From: Tubiluchus corallicola
Lineage: Eukaryota > Animalia > Priapulida
Reading direction: 5' to 3'
DNA length: 64,000 bases
Assembly: GCA_030141605.1 (NCBI GenBank)
Contig: JAQGDQ010000277.1
Location: 186,001 to 250,000 of the forward strand
The first letter of the stretch is position 1. Each line of letters opens with the position of its first letter. The notes beneath the pieces are model-generated. The model did no database searches, was not told where the DNA came from, and saw only the letters and a list, made by a program, of their open reading frames with translations. The position numbers and the translations under genes were made by a program. Positions 55,630 through 64,000 of this stretch are shown one piece after another.

Positions 55630-58600
55630 CTGTGAAAACAAAAAAATCAGTTTCTAAACGTAGTCAATGCCAGATCGCAATCACATGTGCATGGATCTGC
55701 GAAAACTCAAAAACCTAACCGTTTCCTAAGCTTGATGAACGCTACACCGCAATAAAATATGAATAGACTATATATACGTAAAAGAGGAAAACGTCTTCAA
55801 ATTATAGCCTAGATTGTGCCCTGGAGTATTTTGCCCCAATTCCTGCATAGGTACATGTGTTCCCTTTTACACCGGCTGTTGGTAAAGAATTTCACATATC
55901 AAGTTTTGAAACAGTTCATCCCTTTCAGAAGATTTTCAGCTTAATGACTATCGTTTTATATTGGCTTTCTGTTGATTTTCTAATGGCGACATTGGACCAG
56001 TGGTCACAAATTCTTTATTTTGCATTTAAAATAGCGCACCGAAGTCTAATGTGGACATTGCAATTGACAGACTGTGATAGTTGGTATTGGTGACCATGGA
56101 CAGACAATTTAAGGTTAAAGGTCGAATTCTTATAAAACACTGTAATTGCATCATTAAATTGGAATAGAGTAAAACTTTATTAATTAATCTGACCACAAAT
56201 CGCATGTGGATGTCATAGGTGTTGAATGATTGTAAAATAACCCAAGTTTCTAGGTTGGAATTGTAATAGTAGTCTACTAAAAACGTTCTTCTTCAAATCA
56301 GCTCACTATTGAAAACTTGCCTATGGTTAGCAATTTATTAAACATAAAAAATGTGATAGTCCCTAACAAAATAATAATTTCATTACTGGAACTCGTACTA
56401 AGGAATCCGAAAATCGGAGCACCGAGTTTATTGTCTGTAACTACGCATTAGCGCAGTGGATGTAGCTGTACCTGTGAGTGAATGGTTAGCACAGGTTAGC
56501 TTAAGGTCTAAACAAAATATCAACGTAGACGATGTTTTGTTCGTTTATTAATAACTTTTGCTAAGTTTCAGTACTAAGTTACGAGGGTACATTAGCGGTA
56601 GTGTAAAGATGTGGTATCAGTCTTATCCATAGATTTAAAATTTTTTCTTCTTCCCTAGCAAGTGTTTGTGATATTTTTCTTAGAGTGAACTAGGTTTAAC
56701 ACATTTGCACTTACTTGTTAGCGTGAGTGCTAATCGGTTTGGTGACGTGTCTGGATGCAGAAGAGGCATTGTCATCCTCGCTATCATTGTGTGCCGAATG
56801 TCGATCTTTTCAATAGCTGGGTTATCACTTAAGTCTAAGTTGGCTCTCACTAACGATGCACTGTGAGTAATGCTCAGTCTGGCAAGACTTTTGAGTTGTG
56901 AAAATGCACGTGGATTAATGTTTGTCAAGTTGGAGTTACCCGAGAGAAAGAGAAATCTAACATCCCCAGAAATGTCACCTTCTCCCAAGAATTGAATTTT
57001 AGTATTACTAATTGTTAAGCCTACCAAGTTTTTGCCTTCAAGAAACCGAGGAGGCAGGTGGGTACTTTCATAGTTATTAACAACAAGTACAGCAAGAGAA
57101 TCTGGTACATACTTGGATATGAATTGCAAAATCGATTCTGTGATTGTACCAGAGTTGGGTAAACCACAGGTTATCTTACATGGGCCAAACTGCTCATAAT
57201 TACATTTGCTTAATGGGCCTAGAAATGGTCCACAGTACTGAGGCTTTATTTTTCCACTTCCAGTTAAACGCAATCCACATTCAGCATAACAATGGCTAAA
57301 GGCATTCTGTAAATCACATTGTTCTGTCAAGTATTCACATGCTGGTTTTCTACTAGTTGTCGCATCCACAGAATCCGAAGAAACTACAGGCCTTGTTTCA
57401 TTGGCTCTTCTGGTTGAGTCAGAAATTACTCTTCTAGACTGAGAAGTCTGACTTGCAGATGTTGTTGTGGTTTCTGGTGTTATTTGATCGCAACCAAATT
57501 CCCCCAATGTTATTTCGTTCACTCCATGTTTCCTAGGTGGCTGTACACAATCAATCTCAGAAACCATCCAGTTTCTAAACTTGGTCCATGCTAGATCACA
57601 ATCACATATGAATGGATTATCTGTAAAAACAAAACAACCACCAGTTTCTAAACTTGGTCAATACTAGATCATAATCACATATGAATGGAGTATCTGTAAA
57701 AACAAAACAACCATCAGTTTCTAAACTTGGTCCATGCTAGATCACAATCACATATGAATGGATTATCTGTAAAAACAAAACAACCATCAGTTTCTAAACT
57801 AGGTCAATACTAGATCATAATCACATATGCAAGGACTATATATGCTGAAACACAAAAACCTAGCCGTTTCCTAAGTTTTGCCCACACTAGATCACAATAG
57901 AATGTAGATTGTGTGTAAAAAGGAAAACTTTTTCAAATTATATCTGCTAGAATAGGGCACGCAGTGTTTTGCATCAATTCAAGAAAAATAGATACGTGTT
58001 TTCTCTTTTACATTGGCCGCTGATAAAAGATTTATACCAGTTAATGTTTTGAAACTGTACAACACTTTCAGAATAACCTCAGCTTATTTATTGTCATTTT
58101 CAATTGTATGTCTGTTGATTTTGCAATTATGACCTTTGACCAGTGGTCACAAGTCTTTATTTTCTACTAGTTTGCCCGCATGTCACAGGAGACGATTAAT
58201 TGCAAAATGATCAAATTTCAAGAATGGAATTGCATTCCCAGTGTTAATAACCAAATAAAAATATCCGTTTTCAATTCAGAATACTATTAAAAACTTGCCT
58301 ATGGCTAGCTATTTGTTAATCACAAAAATGTGATTACCCATCGCAAAATACTACTTCTATTACTGGAACTCGCAAATCCAGAAATCTGACATTCGATCGC
58401 AGAACTTAAACAAGGCAGAAATGCATTGGTGTGTTTGGGTCGGGTTCGCCATCATCCAGACCCCGAATCTCGTTCCCGTACTTTTCTTAAACCCCGAACC
58501 CCGGTCCCAAATATTCAGTCCCATCCCGAACCCTGTTCCCGAATCTCTCGTCCCGTCCCGGCCCCGATCCCAAACCCCGAACCTTAAAAGTTTATAATAT

Positions 58601-61600
58601 TTGAAAAAGCAACATTTACTTCAGGTTTTTGAGGTACGTAGCGAAAGATAAGCCGTTTGTCAAGTTTTCAACAGTTAAATTTCGTGATAACATATTTTAT
58701 ACTGAGATTTTATTATCTACAGTTGCATCGCATGATTGTCAACTGCTGTTTAATAGAAAACGTCCTGTAAGTAGTTTAAAGTCAGCATGACCATCTTTTT
58801 ACAACTCATACATTCAGCCTTCTGTAATAGTGACAAAGTTGTTCTGGTGGTTATTTGCCAATAATGATGGAAAAATTTTGGGAAAAATATATAAAACAAT
58901 GACACCATCTTACGAAAAATGTTTTGTGAGATTTTCGGCTCGTTGCTACTAGTACCTTTCCTATCTGAAATTCACCCAAGAACCTAATGCGTTATTATTC
59001 TTTTTAATAAATACTTAAATTTTATAGCAACGAGATTACCATTACATTTGCTTTACATCCACTTAGCATATTGAAGCGTACAAACTGTGCAAGGTTTGAA
59101 TACGCAGAAATCAAAGGGAAAGAGTGAATAACTTATTGCCACGCCTTCACCGCCAATATGTGTTTTGGATGATGCCATGTTTGTTAACTATATTTTATAT
59201 ATATACACAGAATAAATAATAAATAAATTGCTTCTACTGGGCAGCAAACAACAATTGCTGTTCTATCATTCACAGAACAGCAGGGTATTTAATGCATTTA
59301 CACAGCGCACTCCGAGAAGCAGAAATGTGTGGGTGGAACCTAGAGTCTAGACTATGTTTCTTTTATTCAGGACTCTTGGGCGATCTGTGCATCTATAATT
59401 AAAGGCTGAGTGAACTAATTTTGCTGTAATTTTCTTATCTCCATTTATTGATAATTATGTACAAAGTTTCGGGATCGGGAACCCCAATCGCGAACCTTTG
59501 GTCCTGACCCGAACCGCATTCCCAATCACTTGATTTCGAACCACGAAAAATCCTGGCCTCTAACTCAATTCGCCTCCCGAATCCTGATCCCGAACCATTA
59601 ATCTCGACCCGAACCCCAAAGCCTTTAGTTATGCAGAACCGAATATAGATACACTGTTGGCTAGAATGAGAATGATTAGTTAGCACAGGTTAACTTAGGG
59701 TCTAAACAAAACTTCAATATAGAGAACTTTTAGTTTGTCTAGTATACAGTTAGCTACTGAGTATTAATAACAAGAGGGTCTCTATTTTAAATGTTCCACC
59801 TTCCTGTAGCAAGTGTATGTGACATTTTACTTTGCATGAGCTAGATTTAACAAATTTGCACCTACCTGTTAATGTCAGTGCTAATCTGCTTGGCGCCGTG
59901 TCTGGATGCAGAAGAGGCATTGTCATCCTCGCTATAATTGTGTGGCGAACCTTGATACTTTCAATAGCTGGGTTAGCACTTAAGTCTAGGTTGGCTCTCA
60001 CTAATGATGCACTGTCAGTAATAATCAGTCTGGTAAGACTTTTAAGTTGCGAAAATGCAAGCGGATTAATGTTTATCAAATTGGAGTTACCAACGAGAAA
60101 GAGAAATTTAACGTCCCCGTAAATGTCATCTTGTCTCAAAAATTGAATTTTAGTATTACTGATTGTTAAGCCTATTACGTTTTTGCCTTCAAGAAACCGA
60201 TGAGGCAGGTGGGTACTTTCGTAATTATTGATGGCAAGTACAGCGAGAGAGTCAGGCACATACTTGGATATGAATTGCAAAGTCGATTCTGTAATTGCGC
60301 CAGAATTGGGTAAACCACAGGTTATCTTACATGGGCCAAACTGCTCATAATTACAGTTGCTTGTAGGGCCTAGAAACGATCCGCAGTACCGAGGCGCTAT
60401 TTCTCCACCCGCAGTTAAACGCAGTCCACATTCAGCATAACAATGGCTAAAGGCATTCTGTAAATCACATTGTTCTGTCAAGTGTTCACATGCTGGTTTT
60501 CCACTTGTTGTCGCATCCACAGAATCCGAAGAAACTACAGGCCTTGTTTCATTGGCTCTTCTGGTTGAGTCAGAAATTACTCTTCTAGACTGAGAAGTCT
60601 GACTTGCAGATGTTGTTGTGGTTTCTGGTGTTATTTGATCGCAACCAAATTCCCCCAATGTTATTTCGTTCACTCCATGTTTCCTAGGTGGCTGTGCACA
60701 ATCAATCTCAGAAACCATCCAGTTTCTAAACTTGGTCCATGCTAGATCACAATCACATATGAATGGATTATCTGTAAAAACAAAACAACCATCAGTTTCT
60801 AAACTTGGTCAATACTAGATCATAATCACATATGAATGGAGTACTGTAAAAACAAAACAACCATCAGTTTCTAAACTTGGTCCATGCTAGATCACAATCA
60901 CATATGAATGGATTATCTGTAAAAACAAAACAACCATCAGTTTCTAAACTAGGTCAATACTAGATCATAATCACATATGCAAGGACTACATAAGCGGAAA
61001 CACAAAAACCTAGCCGTTTCCTAAGTTTTGCCCACACTAGATCACAATAGAATGTAGATTGTGTGTAAAAAGGAAAACTTTTTCAAATTATATCTGCTAG
61101 AATAGGGCACGCAGTGTTTTGCATCAATTCAAGAAAAATAGATACGTGTTTTCTCTTTTACATTGGCCGCTGATAAAAGATTTATACCAGTTAATGTTTT
61201 GAAACTGTACAACACTTTCAGAATAACCTCAGCTTATTTATTGTCATTTTCAATTGTATGTCTGTTGATTTTGCAATTATGACCTTTGACCAGTGGTCAC
61301 AAGTTCTTTATTTTCTACTAGTTTGCCCGCATGTCACAGGAGACGATTAATTGCAAAATGATCAAATTTCAAGAATGGAATTGCATTCCCAGTGTTAATA
61401 ACCAAATAAAAATATCCGTTTTCAATTCAGAATACTATTAAAAACTTGCCTATGGCTAGCTATTTGTTAATCACAAAAATGTGATTACCCATCGCAAAAT
61501 AGTACTTCTATTACTGGAACTCGCAAATCCAGAAATCTGACATTCGATCGCAGAACTTAAACAAGGCAGAAATGCATTGGTGTGTTTGGGTCGGGTTCGC

Positions 61601-63936
61601 CATCATTCAGACCCCGAATCTCGTTCCCGTACTTTTCTTAAACCCCGAACCCCGGTCCCAAATATTCAGTCCCATCCCGAACCCTGTTCCCGAATCTCTC
61701 GTCCCGTCCCGGCCCCGATCCCAAACCCCGAACCTTAAAAGTTTATAATATTTGAAAAAGCAACATTTACTTCAGGTTTTTGAGGTACGTAGCGAAAGAT
61801 AAGCCGTTTGTCAAGTTTTCAACAGTTAAATTTCGTGATAACATATTTTATACTGAGATTTTATTATCTACAGTTGCATCGCATGATTGTCAACTGCTGT
61901 TTAATAGAAAACGTCCTGTAAGTAGTTTAAAGTCAGCATGACCATCTTTTTACAACTCATACATTCAGCCTTCTGTAATAGTGACAAAGTTGTTCTGGTG
62001 GTTATTTGCCAATAATGATGGAAAAATTTTGGGAAAAATATATAAAACAATGACACCATCTTACGAAAAATGTTTTGTGAGATTTTCGGCTCGTTGCTAC
62101 TAGTACCTTTCCTATCTGAAATTCACCCAAGAACCTAATGCGTTATTATTCTTTTTAATAAATACTTAAATTTTATAGCAACGAGATTACCATTACATTT
62201 GCTTTACATCCACTTAGCATATTGAAGCGTACAAACTGTGCAAGGTTTGAATACGCAGAAATCAAAGGGAAAGAGTGAATAACTTATTGCCACGCCTTCA
62301 CCGCCAATATGTGTTTTGGATGATGCCATGTTTGTTAACTATATTTTATATATATACACAGAATAAATAATAAATAAATTGCTTCTACTGGGCAGCAAAC
62401 AACAATTGCTGTTCTATCATTCACAGAACAGCAGGGTATTTAATGCATTTACACAGCGCACCCCGAGAAGCAGAAATGTGTGGGTGGAACCTAGAGTCTA
62501 GACTATGTTTCTTTTATTCAGGACTCTAGGGCGATCTGTGCATCTATAATTAAAGGCTGAGTGAACTAATTTTGCTGTAATTTTCTTATCTCCATTTATT
62601 GATAATTATGTACAAAGTTTCGGGATCGGGAACCCCAATCGCGAACCTTTGGTCCTGACCCGAACCGCATTCCCAATCACTTGATTTCGAACCACGAAAA
62701 ATCCTGGCCTCTAACTCAATTCGCCTCCCGAATCCTGATCCCGAACCATTAATCTCGACCCGAACCCCAAAGCCTTTAGTTATGCAGAACCGAATATAGA
62801 TACACTGTTGGCTAGAATGAGAATGATTAGTTAGCACAGGTTAACTTAGGATCTAAACAAAACTTCAAATAGAGAACTTTTAGTTTGTCTAGTATACAGT
62901 TAGCTACTGAGTATTAATAACAAGAGGGTCTCTATTTTAAATGTTCCACCTTTCTGTAGCAAGTGTATGTGACATTTTCCTTTGCATGAGCTAGATTTAA
63001 CAAATTTGCACCTACCTGTTAATGTCAGTGCTAATCTGCTTGGCGCCGTGTCTGGATGCAGAAGAGGCATTGTCATCCTCGCTATCATTGTGTGGCGAAT
63101 CTTGATACTTTCAATAGCTGGGTTAGCACTTAAGTCTAGGTTGGCTCTCACTAATGATGCACTGTCAGTAATAATCAGTCTGGTAAGACTTTTAAGTTGC
63201 GAAAATGCAAGCGGATTAATGTTTATCAAATTGGAGTTACCAACGAGAAAGAGAAATTTAACGTCCCCGTAAATGTCATCTTGTCTCAAAAATTGAATTT
63301 TAGTATTACTGATTGTTAAGCCTGTTACGTTTTTGCCTTCAAGAAACCGATGAGGCAGGTGGGTACTTTCGTAATTATTGATGGCAAGTACAGCGAGAGA
63401 GTCAGGCACATACTTGGATATGAATTGCAAAGTCGATTCTGTAATTGCGCCAGAATTGGGTAAACCACAGGTTATCTTACATGGGCCAAACTGCTCATAA
63501 TTACAGTTGCTTGTAGGGCCTAGAAACGATCCGCAGTACCGAGGCGCTATTTCTCCACCCGCAGTTAAACGCAGTCCACATTCAGCATAACAATGGCTAA
63601 AGGCATTCTGTAAATCACATTGTTCTGTCAAGTGTTCACATGCTGGTTTTCCACTTGTTGTCACACTTGTTGTCGCATCCAAAGTATCTGAAGAAGCTGC
63701 AGGCATTGTTTCATTCGATCTTGTGGTTGCGTCAGGAATTACTCTTCTTGTAGGCTCTGAAGTCTGACCTGTAAATGTTGTTATGGGTTCTGTTGCCATT
63801 TGTTCACAACTAAACTCCTCCAATGTTATTTCGTTCACTCCATGTTTCCTAGGTGGCTCTGCACAATCAATCTCAGAAACCGCCCAGTTTCTTGACTTTG
63901 TCCATTCCATATCACATTCACATATTAACGGATTAT
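55493..63936 (-). CDS. 3' part of a multi-module extracellular LRR / ShK-like protein built from tandemly repeated exons; the gene continues beyond the right edge of the window
   Basis: Exons 63936-63016, 60771-59866, 57620-56715 and terminal exon 55629-55493. All start ag|ATAATCC and internal ones end ACA(G/A)|gta(g/a)gt, phase 1-1. Splicing reconstitutes ...LALTLT-(D/N)-NPFICDCDLAW (last LRR plus LRRCT). The terminal exon ends FGCS*, with AATAAA at 55459-55454. Confidence 0.8.
56715..57620 (-). CDS. Module exon A (906 nt)
   Basis: ORF 56680..57567; acceptor tttttacag|ATAATCC, donor ACAA|gtaagt. Confidence 0.8.
57567..57900. repeat. 73-bp tandem minisatellite made of the splice acceptor plus the first ~50 nt of the exon (second copy at ~60718-61050, degenerate copy at ~55580-55780)
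   Basis: GTTTCTAAAC recurs at 57571, 57644, 57717 and 57790, with alternating unit types. Confidence 0.88.
58428..59625. mobile_element. Putative ~1.2-kb non-autonomous DNA transposon with CCCGAACCC-type subterminal repeats (duplicate at ~61579-62775)
   Basis: Absent from the homologous intron 55630-56714. Imperfect terminal inverted repeats (TTTGGGTCGGGTTCG ... CGACCCGAACCCCAAA) and clustered CCCGA motifs at both ends. TSD not resolved. Confidence 0.55.
59866..60771 (-). CDS. Module exon B (906 nt), chimera of exons A and C
   Basis: ORF 59750..60718; acceptor tttttacag|ATAATCC, donor ACAG|gtaggt. Confidence 0.8.
63016..63936 (-). CDS. Module exon C (921 nt): LRRCT, S/T linker, 2 Cys motifs, ~6 LRRs
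   Basis: ORF 62900..63910; acceptor ttatttag|ATAATCCG, donor ACAG|gtaggt; begins NPLICECDMEW...IDC..PPRK...FSC. Confidence 0.8.
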
Positions 63937-64000
63937 CTAAATAACAATGGAGATCACAATTTATTCAGCAGTAAAAAAACAAAAAAATTTTAAAATTGCA

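Larger units (their letters stand above)
57356..63662. repeat. Recent tandem segmental duplication, two near-identical ~3.15-kb units
   Basis: ~57356-60510 aligns almost base for base with ~60506-63662 (offset 3150-3151), with only scattered substitutions and 1-bp indels. Confidence 0.93.

Noticed and set aside
57567-57900. CRISPR-like array
   Set aside because: The units are contiguous 73-bp tandem copies with no unique spacers, the context is eukaryotic, and there are no cas genes.
59435-59686. 83-aa ORF duplicated at 62586-62837
   Set aside because: It lies across the end of an intronic repeat element, and its identity simply reflects the recent duplication.
56680-63910. Three independent tandem paralogous genes, as the ORF track suggests
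   Set aside because: The ORFs begin mid-LRRCT with no signal peptide and are bounded by phase-compatible splice sites. They are better explained as exons of one gene.

Overview
AT-rich, intron-containing animal (probably invertebrate) genomic DNA. Five protein-coding genes can be assembled by hand from GT-AG splice sites with consistent phases. (1) A 7-exon secreted trypsin-like S1A serine protease (minus, 3808-11485). (2) A complete 12-exon medium-chain acyl-CoA dehydrogenase ACADM (plus, 23564-34226, 421 aa). (3) A 4-coding-exon NK-like homeobox gene of the Bari family (minus, 36236-40739). (4) A Golgi type II carbohydrate sulfotransferase of the CHST8-14 family (minus, 42632-46103). (5) The 3' part of an unusual gene (minus, 55493 to beyond 63936) built from ~3.15-kb tandem units. 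Each unit supplies one symmetric phase-1 exon encoding a circularly permuted module: LRRCT cap, Ser/Thr linker, two 4-Cys ShK-like motifs, ~6 LRRs. These introns carry 73-bp tandem decoy copies of the splice acceptor, and one exon is a chimera from a recent unequal crossover. Other notable items: a 577-bp non-autonomous RTE retroelement with a 16-bp TSD whose 5' end is a twister ribozyme starting exactly at the cleavage site; a duplicated in-frame splice donor next to the ACADM catalytic Glu; two ~50-bp-arm near-perfect palindromes; head-to-tail Helitron-like elements; Kolobok-like DNA elements; SINE heads and many microsatellites. All calls are by eye, without database searches.
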